Origin: Balanoglossus misakiensis | Lineage: Eukaryota; Animalia; Hemichordata | Direction of reading: 5' to 3' | Assembly (NCBI GenBank): GCA_040954595.2 | Contig: CM082584.2 | Coordinates: 12,306,875-12,370,874 of the forward strand | Length of the DNA stretch: 64,000 nucleotides | Notes under the pieces: model-generated | Told to the model about the DNA's origin: nothing | Seen by the model: only the letters and a program-made list of their open reading frames with translations | Database searches by the model: none | Shown: positions 37,601 to 53,565 of the stretch, piece by piece | Position numbering within the stretch: position 1 is the stretch's first letter | Layout: each line of letters starts with the position of its first letter | Position numbers and translations under genes: made by a program

Positions 37601-40600
37601 CCGTGATTGTAGAGCGATGCCTACCCCATGTTGGGCAAAGTACCGTACACGCCGCGGAATAATAAGTGAACACGTTCGCTTTTAAATGCCAATTGTTATT
37701 TCGCCTGTAATTGACATGGATGTGCTTTAAAGGGGATGCATTCGGCTTTTACATGTCTATTTCGCCGTCTTGTCCACGTTTATTTCACCGCCGTCCTTCG
37801 CCTATCTGGCGCTAGCCATAAATTTCCCACAGACCAGCCTTTACAATCCTTGCAAAATAACTCCACACTTGATAGATTCTCGCTGAAATGCTACACCCGT
37901 CAAATCTCCAAAAGCCACCATATTATGTAAATCCCAAATTTCACCATCTGCAAAATGGTTTCCATCTCTTAACACTTTCATTCACAACCTCACAATACGC
38001 GATAATCTCAAACTGATGAAATTTATTCAGCATACAATCATTGAGAGATATTAATATTTCATCTCGACGCGGAGGCGCGTCCCCTGCATCCTAAAGCGAG
38101 CAGGTTTCTTAAGTTAAACTCCTAGTCGCTGCATGCAGTTAAGTAAGTGATATAAAAGATGAAAATTTACGCTCAGTAAATTACTAACAAAGGCATCGCG
38201 TCACTAGGGAGAGAATTCATCATATATGATGTCCTTATCACCATCTCTGGCCCATAGTGTATATTAAGAAATCAATACATTCAAGAAAATAATGTACGTT
38301 TTTATCATTATGGATCGATCTGATATCATATTTTTAATGAGAGTGTATCATTAGGACAGGTTTGATTAGGGGGTTTATTGCTTCCCAGTTTAATGATGTT
38401 AATATGACCCGTTTCTGAATTGTCAACCGGTCAATCTTAATTATCTCCGTGTATGATCATCATCTGAGTTTGAGTCGGCTTAAGGCCTCCTCACTCAGAC
38501 GTAATTAAAATGTGTAATTACCAGACGCTGTAGCCATATCTGTATTTCAAACAGGGTTGATTCAAATTGTATGAGAGGCGCAGGGCACAGGTGCCGCGGT
38601 GTAAGAACAGGTGTAATTGCAAAGTTGGCATGATTAGCTCAGTTCAGCTCTGTTGTTTTACGGTTGTTATTATTTCAGACATTAATTAAACCCTTAATGC
38701 TTTATTGCCACCAGGTAAAAACGGACGAAAGTTCTCATTAAGAGTTACACCGAGCTACAGAATGTTTGAATTTGTAAATATGTTTGGTGCATTGAGTATA
38801 AGGGCCGGTGTTTAATTCACTGTTATTTGAGAATAGATCAGCTGTTCTTTCTTCCTATGGCTGAAACGTGTTGCAGATTTCCCGATCTTTTTTTAAACAG
38901 CGAGTGACGACATGAGAAGTAAGCAAAGTTCCCCCTCGATTTCCGAGTAATCAGAACTCAAACGCAGAGCTTTGTCAGACCTTTCCCCCAAGACGCTGAC
39001 TACATTGTCATCAACTGCGTAAAGTGTGTGCTGTGACGTAATCATTGACGTCATGACCTAGATAGCATGCGCAAGCGCAAATACGAAGCTTTTCTTTGTT
39101 CTATCCTTTCTTTAGGCTCGTTTTCCCCCAGAGCACTCAAGGAATCGTCGCTAAGCTTTCTTTCATGGCTCTATCCATTTGTATTGTCATTACCGCGGGT
39201 ACTTAGATCAGTCCTATGTTCTGACTTGAGTAACATGCAAGTACCTGACGGATTCAAGTGTACGCTATCGACAGTAAAACGAAAACACTTGTAGTGACAG
39301 CGCGAGACACGACCTGTAAAGACTCCACTCGACGCTTACCTAGCCAATAAACTGCATTATTAGTGACAGCAGAAACTTGTCGTTGCCGTCAGGCCATTGT
39401 TTGTCGAATTGGCCTTCACAGGAACCCTTTGTCCGACTCTGATGTCGTTTTGATGGTGCGCTGATAAATCGGTACTGTTGACATGTCGCTTGGTAGTTTC
39501 TGCTTGTGAGAATTTCTTCAATTTTCATTGGTTATTAAATAAAACATGGTGACTCGTATATATAGATAGATGAATTCATTGCACAAATGAACCCAAATCA
39601 GATAAAAATACTATTTTAATTGCGAATAATCCTCAAGAATTCCTCTATTAAATAGTCAGTACATGATATTCAAAAATGGCTGCCATGCATTGCAATGTTA
39701 ATGGGAAAGCAAGCTGTTGATTTTCTTGAATCGCGATGGCGAACAATCATTATGTTGTAAATGTCAATTTTCAAAACAATTCGATAGATGCTTCAGTACA
39801 GCATCGTGTATTCCCTAGAGAACACCATTATTACACAAAGGGTCTCAATTTGAAAGTGAGTGCCGCGGTCACGTGTCTGCAGGAATTATCAAAATAAAGT
39901 GACCTTGATATGGAAATATGACTACCGTCACAGAAGTATGAGTTTGTGAAAGAAGGTATCGAGGGCGTGTAATGTATACTGAGCTGTGACCAGACAGACT
40001 GACGCATCCAACTAGATATTCTTGTTTCAAATTTATGTCTTTTTAAACCCCCCCCCCTAGTTTTCTGCCATTGTTTCTTGAACATTGATAGATTCACTGA
40101 AGAAAGTGCAACCCAATGAATCTTGAGAAAATCAGGAGTATTTTGCCGGTACCGTACATCCCGTAGACCTTTGGTTGCACCGACTTTCGCCCATACCTAA
40201 ATATCTCTGCACTGACACATGCATCCTCATGCAGTCCCGTGTTGCTTTAAATTGATTCGTTTCGGTATGGGAATAAAACCATTCCGTTCCTGATCGACTC
40301 TGATGACGTATCCATGCCCGGGATTTCAGAACTGGCCCCTTTTTAATTAAAAAAGCGGATCTTATTCTCCAGTCACACGCGGAATATTCCTTCAAGGTGA
40401 TCCTCAGTGTGCCCAGCGGGCATCGCTATGGAGTGTTCGCGGAGAAAAAATCAATGTTGATGCCGTCGTTTTTTCCCAGGCTGCGTGACCTTCGAGTTGA
40501 ACCGTATCGAGAAAGTTGTAGCAACTTGTTATAAAGCGTCCCCGAAGAACTTAATTCTCAGAGCATGCAGCAATAGTGTTCAGGGAAAAATATCCTAGGT

Positions 40601-43600
40601 AGAATTCTATGTAGGTTTCTGCCCAAGTTTGAATTCCTCCCTTGAGCTGCGGATGCATTGAAATAATCTTCCTTCGTGGCAATCTTGAAGCACGTGAAAT
40701 TAATGCATGAGCTGGGATGACCAATAGCCTGGGGCAAACAAAAGTTGATTTTTTTTCACTCTGGTACTTTGTTTCACCGAAGTAGAAAGAAGGAAGCCGT
40801 CAAATTTAAGCAGACGAGTATGCTTCATGGATGGACGAAGAATTGGGCACATTAGAGAAGATCGCACAAGTCGACCACGAATCAGTTGTGTTTGTTTAAA
40901 GGAGAAATAACACCGGTATGTTAGTCGTCGTGAACAGATAAATTTGAGTTGTCAAAAATCCTCTAATGGAGATATCAAATTAGTTTTCTATGGGGAAATG
41001 ATGTTAAACATTGCTAGTTAGTTTGTTTACAATGTACAACTTTCTACACAGTAAAGATAAGTTGACTGATTTGACACCCGTTTTACTGCAAGTGCGGTGA
41101 TATAGAAAACGCTTCTCATTCGGGACTCAAGAAGTGGAAAAATCGGACAATGTCGAATCAACGGTTAATATTTGGGCGGCGGGAAACAGGGGCACCCTAT
41201 GTTGATTCATGCGTCTATCAAACACACAAGTCTCCAGGGAAACATCCCAGAAAATCGGTCAACAAAACTTACAACTTTTAGCAATCAAATGTGACGGATA
41301 TTGTCATGTAGGCTTCCCGACGCTTTTAAGTGCAAATTTTAGTAGTTTTCATGTACTTGTACTTTATTCATGAAGTCATGTGATTTCGCTTGACAGAATC
41401 TCTTACTTAAGGTGATTCGTAAATTTTTGATGATCTTTAAGGTGAACCTATTCGGATCGCCGATAATGCGTCATTGTGTTGTTTGATGGAGACAATAAAG
41501 CAGATTTGAATATTCTCTGGGGGTACTTAGCTGGTACGTTGGTGACATTTGACGAACATATCTGAAATGAAATATGCAGGATTTGACACACAAGGTATTG
41601 GTCTTTTCAAGAGTTTAAACGTGCTATGCTGAGCTCAAGAGAGACGCCATCTTGTGTGTGTCATACTCTGAACTATGATGTGCAGAGTTCGGCTTTCGTG
41701 CCTTTCTGTCACAGAATGTATTTCTCAGTTCTGCTACCATGGCACCAGTCAACCCATGGCCTTTCGCAACCATCCCTGAAATAGGCGATTTCTTTCAAAA
41801 TTAGTTTGAGAATCGCTCGTCATCGATGGCTATGATTAAATCTTGAAAGTATTGAAAAGTCAAAAAACACAAAAGATAATGTTAAATTTAGCACTTTGTC
41901 CATTTCATGTATTGAAATATTTGGGCATCGTCTTGGACTGTATCTGGTTGAAGTGATTGGCAGGCAATCACAATACATTGTTTTTGGCCATAAGGCTTTG
42001 AGTGACCTCGATATTGATCTTTGACAGAAGAAGACAGTATACGATGCCTGTCTACTACACTTGTTAACACTACAAGAAATTCTTTGGCAACTGTGTTGTT
42101 TTAGTTTACATTTTGTTTCAGTTTGCAAGAGGCATTTGCAAACGTCGAGGATGCAAAAGAGCACGTTTCAATACCCGGATGTAGACATGTGGCGCCTATA
42201 TCTCATTTTTCTTTCAAGGGATATTTCCTCAATTGTAGTCTCTCAGAATGCTAACGATTTTTGTATAATTGTGTTATTTGAAGTACCATTTGTACCAGCC
42301 TAGGGGAACGAACTTGATCAGTAAAGAAATATTACAAAAATCACTGGGAACGAAAAATAACCGTTAACGCTTAAAATGATTTTTAAATAGGTACTCGTGA
42401 TGTGCGAATTTTGTCGTTGCGAACATACACTGAACATACTCAAGAATTGTGTCAGAGGTGAATTCCAAAGGAATAATAACAGAAAACGCAGCACAGCGGA
42501 ATTTGACTATTTTTGTCATCAAACCAAGTTTAAGTTCTTCGGCAATAAATCAGATGTGGAAGCAACGTGGCCCCATGTTTACAAAAACACTTAAAATTAA
42601 AGTATTCTGTAATATATGACCACCTGGCCTCAAGTTTGTACATCTGCGTTAGTAAGGTGCAATTCTTGTTTTGTAGTGGTTCGTACCAAACTATCCCCTC
42701 TACAGATGTATGTTGGCTATATTGTTTGTCTGATAGTGCTCTTGACTCAAGACGAGTGCGCCTTGTAATGTTTACTTATGATTACTCGGGCAAAACTATG
42801 TTTGTCCGTCTCGTTTCCAGAACGGGAGATGTAGCAGAAAGGGAATTACGCAAATTTAAAGTAATTTTGTCCTCGTGGACGTCCCAAGTGGGTTAACTCG
42901 GAGTGAAAACTACTCAGGTTCCTTTGGACAGACCCAGGTCGAGAGAAGAACAGCTCCAAGCTAGATTTCCAACAGCACATTCGGTGTAAAACATTGCAAA
43001 TAAATGTATGCCGTGTGCTGCGGTTAGTACTCGTTTGGGTTTGGCCAACAGAGAGACGGGCTTGGCTCATATGATCTTGAGTTTGGAGCACTATGACACG
43101 AATATGAGTCTTTTGCGCGCGTAATGGTGTTTAATAACAACCTGTGACGTGACATGTTCTGACAGAAGCAAAATATTGAATTACGCCTCTATGATGCAGT
43201 TGGGTCCCCACCACAGAGGCCGGATTACACACTAGGCTCTACAGAGCGAAATTATGACATGACTTCATAAATTCTGCCGATGGCATCAAGGTGTTTGTCT
43301 CTAACATGGAAAATGTATGACCTTTTCGACATACAGAGATCAGACAATATCTAGAGTAAACGCGATTTTGTCATCCATCATTATTGATTGTAAGTTAAAA
43401 CAGTCCGTCCCATAGACAAGGATTTAGTACTTTACTGTTGGGGTTCAGTCTAAGCCATTCCTATGGAAACGACGTGGACACTATCTCTTGACTATATTGA
43501 ACGCCCGATAGTTTGCGAAATGTCTCTCTCATATGACTTGCTTCTTTATCACTTTGTCAGCTTCACAATTTAGGAGTGGAGAGACAATCTATTTCTCGCA

Positions 43601-46600
43601 TATATATTTCACTGTGCCGTGTAGAAACCATCCCCTAAACGCAGACTGTCTGCAGTATTTAGTTATTAATGTTAAGGGCATCATTGTCCATTTTTGTATT
43701 TGTGGAATCTGCACTTTCACGATAGCGTTGATGAGTTGCTGTTTTTGCTCTCAGCTGAGAGTCATGTGTAGTTAGTTTTCCTGCACCGCACAGAAAGAAC
43801 ATGCACCTTTTTGAAGTTTGAACGCTGAACCCAACCAATCTGGCTTTTGCCACACACACACACTATTTAACCATTAATCTTCCTGCGTGAAAATAAGACT
43901 AATTTGAAGTGGAGCGGCAAAGGAAACGCGAGTGTCGCATTTCGTGTTGACAATCAAATGGTACATCGTTATAAAATGGACTGAATGTTCATGGAAGCGA
44001 GCATTTTGAAGATGAGACGTCGCCGAAAAGAATGAGTTTTTTTAAACCACTTAATGGGGAAAACACGACTTAAAAAGAAAAACCCATGCTGGGTCGTCTT
44101 CATTTTCACTTCTTGAAATACGTGTAAAGTACTCGTAAATTGTCATGACGAATGCTTGGAAATGATCACGACGCTATCTTCCCCCACACTGTGCTTCATT
44201 TAAGGATGTCTCTACAACAACGTCACAACTGTAGCAGGTCCTTCAAATTCAACAAAAGGCAAAATGCTCCAAAAGAGGTTGCTTTAAAATGGAACCATTG
44301 TGGACGCGCTAACAGGACATGCTTGCTAGTTTACCGGTCTTTATTGCCTTAACGCGTGACGTGTCCTCAGCCTCAGTGTAAGTGGGCAGTTGAGAATGTG
44401 ACTGGTTCGCCTCGTTGCCATCTAGTGTCCGTTCGAGTGATAACACGAACACTTGCCGACCTGTACTACAAGTCGTCATCTGACAACTGATTAATTTTCT
44501 GTTCCGGCCATGCATGCACCGGACGGCTTATTGCCTCCAAGTTCTGGAACAACGCCAGCAACAGTGACAGAACTTTCGCAACACGGTTAACGAATGCGTC
44601 AGTGACGGGTGAGAACTGCGCACTTTGACAAAGTTCGCCCTCGCTTGAATAAATATTCATGGAACGATCGTTTCGTTCGTGTAGTGCACTGTATAGGTGT
44701 TACAAAGTGAACATAACGGTCTGCTTCAGAGCAAAAATAAATCAATTCATGAATTTTTAATTTTTACATTTCCAGCAATCTTCGCTGCCTTCTTGAGCGA
44801 TGATGGCTGTCGCAACTAGCATAGTTTAAAGAGTATTGCTGGCAAGTAACGACTTGGCAGATATGGCAAAAGCTGGCAGAAATAAAACTTTAATGGTAAT
44901 TGAGAGAGTATTGGTCTTGATAGAAATGTCGTCAAAAGAAAGTAAAACTAAAAAATACGCATTTTGCGGTGGCTTTTGTGAAAATAGTAGACCCTATTGC
45001 GGCTTATAGCCTCATAATTGTGGAAAATCATTCTTTGTGTGCTTGGACATGGATATCTTCTCACGTTTACACCGGATTAAAGGGCCCGTTGACGGGCTTA
45101 TTTGCAGCTACCTTGACACTATGAAAATTGGATTAGGTCATATAAAACAATACATCACTCTCTCTGACTACGGAGGTACATTTGCATTATTTTTTGCTGA
45201 ACCTAATGGAATCAACAGCGCTGCTTTTTGCTTGCTTCTAGGGCGACCCCAATTTACGCTTTCATTGGGATTTGAAAATGTAATAATGCCAGTGGCTCTC
45301 AACTCATCCATGCATGAAAATATCAAACGTCGACCGAACGGAGATCAAACGAAAACATCGAGCGGGATAATTCTCGTTGTTTCCGTCTCAGTTCCACGCC
45401 AGGGTAAGTGTACTCGGCGTTGTGGTAGCGCTAAGAATAAGATGTCCTCAGAAAAAAAAAGCATGGAATATCTCGAATGGATCGACATTTACCAACTCTA
45501 CACCGGCACAAGATAATATGGAGGAATTAGAAAGAAAGTAAAAAACTGATTTTAGATTAAAAGCCACATTTTCATATTGTTACAAATTTCCAGCTACTGT
45601 AAACAGCCGGCGACATTTTGTTTTCACAACTAAAGATCCTGGAGAGCTTAATGGAGACATCAGCGCACATCTGCTGGCCGTGGTGTATTTAAATTTTAGA
45701 TTGTCAATTACATTTGATATGCATTGAGATTTTGGAGAAGACGACGGCCTGAGGGCACACACCTCGAAGTTCCAATCATTAAAAAAAGACAACATATTGG
45801 GGCCGGTAAAAGAATACTCGTGGAAGCAATGATTCGTTATCAGCTTATCGTATGAATGAAACGTGGGAGTCAGAGCACAAATGATATGAAATTTTAAAAT
45901 TTCTATCAAGCCTGTAATTAAGTGCTCTACGCCACAGCCATCAGGTCTGTTGTTACTGAATGTACATGACACATGTGGGTTTTTCCCGAAAACTGATCGT
46001 TGCCGCAGATGGAACAGGGCCTAACCGATTAACGCTGACCGACTTTGGTCTACGTGTTGAAGGGGTTTTGTATTGATGTGAGTCGCAGCTTTGGAGTATC
46101 TTGGAGGGTCAAGATGGTGAATTTTGCAGTTTAGACTTAGCTTTCTGAAGCAGTGGCGGCGCTGTATCACTTCTATTTCTCTTCATTTCCATTGTCACCA
46201 TTGACAGGATTCACCATGGATTTCAGTTAATTTAGATGGCACAGTGTGCCTTCCAGAACTTGAAAATGACTGTTTGGTCCATATTTAAGACAACGTTTAT
46301 AACGACGCACACTTTTTCAAACAAGGGAGCACATTCAGTTCACATCTGGTATGAACTTGAAACCACCCATAATAAATTTGCAAACCATATCTATTTCTTT
46401 AATTTGATATTCTCTTACCACCTTCTGGACATGATGTTGCTTCGTGCGTTAATGCTTTAAGTCAATCCAATTAGGCGTAATGTACGTATCGTTCGAACAA
46501 AGCCTTGCATATTTTGACCACAACACATCAAAGATAGACCTCTACGAGTCCAAGGTTTTTCATATCACAAGGCAGATCCGTGGACAATGTGAGGCTGTGC

Positions 46601-49600
46601 GCAGAAAACTGTGGGTGATAACGTGAACGTCGCCAGTAGTTGAACTGGGCATAAGTTAGAAGTTTATTAAGGATATAAATTATGTTTCCCGCTGGGGAAA
46701 GCTTTCTTGGTTTACGACGAGTCATCATCGTTCCTGAATATATCACTTCTCATATTATACAATAGCCATCCATCACGGTGACACGAAGAAGCTCCTATAG
46801 AATATTGAAGATTCTGCTAAAATGAAACCTCTATAAGGCGTTTGCCAACCGTTACGTGACGTGACGCGACATTTATTGATAACTGTGGGTGTGATTGATA
46901 AGAACAAATGCTATCGCGATTCAGATGGTGTCCGCTGATATCAATCTTCTATTCTCCAAAGCGAGCACAAGACTCGCAGTCAGATTGTCTGTATATACGT
47001 AATTTTAGATTTGGGGGATTTGTTTGGTAATTTGTAAATTATTCACGGGCGCTTATCAAATACAATCTTTCCGCCATGTTGAGGGTATCTACAATTATTT
47101 CAGAACATGTCAGCGCGATCTTAATTCAACCTGTTTGGTGACACTTCCAAGTCACATCTATTGCCATTTGGCTTTGTCCAGCAAGTTAAAAGTTTGTCCA
47201 AAAACTAATTACCTATAGCAATCAACCGAGACCTCGCACATCCATAAAACATGTTGCGCACATTCAAGTTTGGAGTAAAATGACTTGGTATACGTCTGTC
47301 GGGCTCATACACTCGTCATATCATTTGCCTTTGAAAGTGATGTGCTCATATTGTCCGTGAATTCTAAGGGACTGGTGTTTGTATGTGTAACAAGACCACA
47401 ACGCGATCAGATTCCAACACGATGACTGTGTCATCTTTAGTGCAAAAAATCTCTAATGTAAGACACTAATGGACATACTATATTGGTTACTGAGATACGC
47501 TACAATAATGAGTTGCCATGGTGATTTGTCACTACTGCTAGATAATGCTTTATCAAGAAGCTTGGAATTAATTTTCTTCCTGGAAAACCAAAGCATCGAA
47601 TTGTATCGTGTATTTTAGTAACGAATGTATACATGTTATATTCCGGTGGGCAACGTGGGATTATATTTCTTGGTGTAAGAACGACTTTAAGACTTTCTTC
47701 AAATCAAATTCAATAATACTGTGTTACATGCATTTGGGATTATATAATCTGATTCAATACATGGAACATGTGGATATTTTGCCTTGAAAAGTCGTCCATA
47801 CCGCTAAAGATTAAAGGTTATCAAATGTCATCATTTTTGGAGATATCATTTTCCTGTTGATCTGATTTGCCGGCAATTACTGATCTTGCTTCTGTTCAAA
47901 AACATCTCAATTTCTCCATCAGTCTTAACGTGTTGCTGGTACATACCCAAGGTTCCTGACCTTCCAGTATCAAATGCGAGGACTATGAAGACCGAAAGAA
48001 TCATTTTTATAGCTCAGTAATAAAGCAAAGTATTGTACTGTAAGTTCTATAGAAACTCTAACAATGTAGGTTCATTTTGCGAATATTCTTAAACACAGCA
48101 AATGATCCATTTGAATTCACACTGCATGTAATGCGGAATGGGTTATCATGTTTTGTATATAACACATCAAGAGACATCAAACGTCTGATATCTGCGAATG
48201 AATTTCAAGCTTGGGTGACATTCTTTCGTCATTATCAAGTCAACTTTGCAATTAACAGAAATGTGCCTTATCACTGAGCGGTTGGGGGAAATAGGAAAAC
48301 GTTCAAAACGGACACCTGAGTGAGTTTTCAATTTGCACATACTAGATCAGTGTGCCTAGTAGATTCTGTTTACGGCTTCTCCTTTTCAAAAAAAAAGTTA
48401 CGTGAATGATCAACTGTAGGCAGGCTTCCAATTCTTGAAGGTCTCTCGACAATTTGGAAGAGATAAGACATTGCTAGTCTTCAAATGAAGTATCATCGAG
48501 TCAAAAAGTGGATTCCCGTAGCAGACGGTAGCCAACTAAACGCTTTGAAGTCTCCGACTTATTGACGTATTTTCGTCCTTGTCGCTGGTTTAGAACCATC
48601 ATTAGGCTTCCTCCTAGTGATCTGCTGAACAGCATGGGTTGTCGATTAATCATGCACTCGACAGAATATCACACTATGATTTGTCTTTCACCGTGCGACC
48701 CGGCTTTTAACGTTTGATTCCTAGCCGCAAAATGCAGTGCGCCATGATCGTTAAGGGTTTTCATACGATAGTAATTACCCCGGAAGGACAATTTTTGTTA
48801 TTCAAGGCTGTATTTCCGGTGCAGCGTTGATTTATGTACGTCATTACCTGTCTATTAAGAATGAAAGGTGAAATGTAATTTCTTTAAGGTCAGTCTTATC
48901 ACCAGCATAAGATAAGTATTCCTTTCTTCGGCTGTCTTTTAGTGTTTTTTGAGGGAATTTTAGTTTCGTTTCTGTGAGAAACAAAACTGATAATACACGA
49001 AAGTTTATTTACAAGAGTAGGTACTTTAATGATATCAAGTGTCCGTTCACAAAAGCAGAGAACTGCCAATTCCTTTATAAAAGATAATAACATATATTAA
49101 TTATTATGCACTACTGCATTGTAGAGTACTTCAGCGGGATAAATCTGTATGTCATAAAGTTTTCTTGAAGCTTAAACAATATCTAACCTCGCAAGATCTC
49201 GCGGGTCTCTGTGTGTTAACAATTTTTCCATTTAACTTCCCCTCATTACTGGTCTTACAAATGATGCCCCTTTATGTTGCTTTCATTAAAGCGTGCATGG
49301 ATCTTGTTTGGCTATTTAGTCTAAGCCCAGCATTCATTTCCCTGCAGACACAGTCCTAGATGAGTCCAGGCATTTTCAGGTGGTGGGGCAGTTAAGGTGA
49401 GCTCCACAATGCACAGGGACATGTTCATATAGCTAGATTAATTAAACTCGTAGCCGGCAGTTATAGGTCAGCTGTGAAATGAAATATTTCGGAAGTGAGA
49501 AAGTCAAGGTCAACATTTTGCAGTAGATTATGAGGTAAATAATTGATTATTAGTAGTGACAGCGACAATTATAGCCAGGTCAGGTGAGACTGTGACGTGG

Positions 49601-52600
49601 CAAAGGCGGAACAAACTATAATAGGAGCGAACTTGTAATCCACTTCGATTTTGGACACACACGTAGAAGGAAGTAGAGAAATAAAATATTCAGAAGAAGA
49701 CAATTCCATCTTTTGGGTTTATCAATTTTCAGCGTATCAATATTTCAGACGGCAACTGCGTTATTGAACAACAGCTTTTTTGTGATTAGTAAATAGACCA
49801 TAAATTCACTGTAAGAGATTCCCAGTTTGCACAGGCAGAACATTAAATTGTAGTTGACAGGAACCCGCCATAAATCAATCCTTAAATGGAGATTTTTTTC
49901 TCTCGCGGTCGATGACAATGATGCACACAATTTAACGTACCCATCCTTGAACCCAGAGGACAGGAGTGGCATCTTCTAATCCCGCGAACGGCGGCAGCTT
50001 CTTCCGGATTCTTTGTCGCTCGTTCTCAGGTGGCCCTCCCGACAAGCCGGGGCAGCATCAATCTTCGTAGGAGATAAAAGCAGTCGCTGACCTCAGCAGA
50101 AGTACAGGGGGGTCGCCGGAACAAGAATTTTAATAGAGACAGGGAACCATTTCTCAGGCAAATAAGATGTATCTAGCTCTGGAGAGCATAATGTTATACT
50201 CTGGCTATAGTTTTCTCTGTCGTGGCCCATCATGATCTAACATCAAGGTTAATGTGCAACCAATCTTGACAGTTTATAGTTTAGCAAAAGCGTGTAAATC
50301 ACTGATGTATAGCGTCAGAGACTCAGCATCTTTTTGTCGCCAATAGAGATTAAATGTAATCGCTTTAACTTATGTCAGGATGCATGAATTCATCAGGAGA
50401 TGTAGCTGCATGTTTTACACCCAAACTTAGTAATACATAGAAATGTAAATACATGGAATTTACTGTATTCCAATGAAGATTACCTGTTCTGTGCACTCAC
50501 ATGGAATTGAATCGGTACCGAATTTGTCTAAACATTCGCACAAAACTTCGCAATGTGAATCCCTACCATTCTTGTCGTTCTTAAAGCACACATTGAGTTT
50601 ACTTGTAATTGAGAAAGTGCTAGTCTATAGTGGCAATTTCTATCATCTTGGTGCTGGGCGTTGGACAGTACTTTGTACCACGGCTTGTCATGTGTCATTG
50701 TCAGGAGTTGAATTATGTGCCCTAAAAGACGAAGAATATCACATCTAAATCATATATTGTATAGGATGTTGGAATGTCATCCGGGAATACTATTGGAACT
50801 TTCATATATCGCATATTAATAAAATTTTACTCTGTGGCCTGCAGAGAGCAATTAAACTACTGCGACTTTCCGATTTTTCCGTGATTGATAATCGCCTCGT
50901 AAAATATTGAAATTTTCTCATTTTCGGTGAAATTTTATTTGTTGACAATGCATCAAAATATCAGTAGCGTATTTTTCAGGAATGAGATATTGCATTATTA
51001 GCTGACCAATTCTCATGATTAACTCAGCGTAAATGAAACCAGGACTGTTATATTGAACTCTATATTGCCGTTTCCAATTTTACGTTAATCGTATCGGAAT
51101 GAGAGCGATATATTCACATTCCGCCGGTTTCCTAATTATTGTACGAGTCGGGTAGGCAGAACATGGGTCAACGGTTACAGTGCGGTGATGTGCGCAGACG
51201 CTGCCTAAGTTGTGCGGAAGTCGCGTTGGCGTAGCTAATTTGCATGAATGTCCCGTATAAAAATCACGCCGCCCAATCAAAGGAGGGCAAGATTTCTTCT
51301 GATTAAAGTGTCGTTGTGCATGTCCAGATTGGAACACTGTCAGAAGGCTTAGCTCAAGCTTTTTTCCCCTGTATTTTAACATGTGAAGTGTCGAGACAGT
51401 ATTTATTGTGTGTTTATTAAGTGGTTAGTTCAAAATGGCATGTTATGAACGCCATCTGGCATCGACGTGAATGGTGAAAAGCGGTGGATTGAAGTTGTTG
51501 AGAAATTCAACATTTCAGCAAAATCCGAGATGTCAAATCTGATCACCTGATGCGCAATCTGCACAAGCACTATTAAGCGTTACGGACTTCCAGTGTGAAA
51601 GGAGAGTTCCTGTTCATGTTGCCTGTTAATATTCTATTGCTGTGTTAGGGAACAAATAAGTCGATGCAAGTCACATGTAGCCGCAATAGAAATTCTCTGT
51701 CGCTCTATTGTTGGCGCAAATGACCGAGGTGGGTCCAGGAGAAAATCGCGAACAAAGTGTTGACAGGTTTCAGCATGTTGAGTTGGCACCGCTCGGGTAA
51801 TAGAGCAATTTCGCAGGGCAAACAAGCCAGCGTACTAGCTGTCACCATTCATCCCCGTCCAATTACAATGCCAATTCCCATTGCACGGCTCACCGGCGAG
51901 GATAGCGATCAAAACCAACAACGCCAAATAGTGGCAAATTAAATGCATATGGAGACTTTGAGGAGAATTTATGGCCACGAAATTGCTTCTACGTGATTGC
52001 CTTGTCTTGAATAGTATGATGTGTGCACACAGGTCCTCCAGAATCTTAATGGTGAAAATATACCTGATTGGCAAATGCGATTGGCATGCTAATGAGAAAT
52101 TTATGCCGTTGAACTCGAAATGTCGAGTGTCTATTTGTAGGGCGTCTGAAAACTAGCGATTTGTCCGTTGACACTGTTGCAGCGGCAGGTGATCAGATGG
52201 CGTGGAATGGTGGAAATCTTCATTAACGTTGTTTCTCAATTGGAACGTAAAACAAGCAACAGTGTTCTCGTTGCTATATCCCTAATGTCGTTACGACTTA
52301 CAGTTTACAAGGTGTGTTATCTCAAGGCTTAAAATCACGTTTCGGCATAAGCAAACCCCTCCGCTAAGAGCCTGTCCTTTTTAAACACGAGCGCTTGCAA
52401 TTCGCGGAAGATATAATTCGTTAAATTTGTTGGGTTCCTTTAAGGGCACGTAGCTTTATTGAATACAAAAACACCATCTTGGGAATTGACTTACTTATTT
52501 GAGGTGCGAATAACCTCAACCATTTCGTACAAGAACACATATTCTTATTACCATTGCGTGAAGTAGTCCAGGAAACAGGATACATGAAGTGGCGCACATG

Positions 52601-53438
52601 ACCAATTTACTCATCTTTTTCAATTCCGTTCATATTTCACAGTATTCATTTCCGCCTTCGTCTCCTTCTAACTGATTTGCTTTTAAACAACATCTACTGG
52701 CGATTCCTTGAGAAGTTGTGAGCGCACTGAAATAGTACCTATACGACGGCAGTACCGCCATCTTTAGCAGGTCGCCATCTTGCACGGACACTCTACCAAT
52801 ATTCATCAGTTTTTGTATACATGTACTAACGTCACACATAGTTAACCTTTAAATTTCGTAAAACCCAGAAGGCATCACGCTCGTCTATAATTTTTATCGG
52901 TTTATTGCTTTTAGTCATTTTGACCTTTTGATATATTGTTTTTGACCCTTTTCTGTTCTCTGCATGAACCTTCGCTGTTTTTCGCAAATGACACAACGTG
53001 AAAAGTAAATGTTGTTGTCTACGTCGGGATCACGGACTAACAGGCAATATTTAATATCCCGCTTTTGATTATTTTTACTTGTTCACGGTTATTTTCATGA
53101 TAGGATGAGCATGTGTACATTAAATTCTAACTGTGACACACAGGTCAAATTGAATGCTAGTCCAATCATTGCGGCAGGCACTATGCCGTCACAGCTCCTG
53201 TTTAACGGGTGAGCAGTTGGTCACAACCGCCGTACAAATTGATTGCCACGTTGACCTCCCTAGCATAATCAAATCCTCCCAATGTAGCAATGACCTTTAG
53301 CTTGATAAAAGACAAACCAATCATAATCAATCAAACATGGTAGACGAAATGGACTGTAATTGCTAATCAATCTTCAATACAGTGACAAAAAGGTGAAAAT
53401 GAGCATAAATTGAGTTACCATGGATATTGATGTATTCA

Positions 53439-53565
<127 letters not shown>

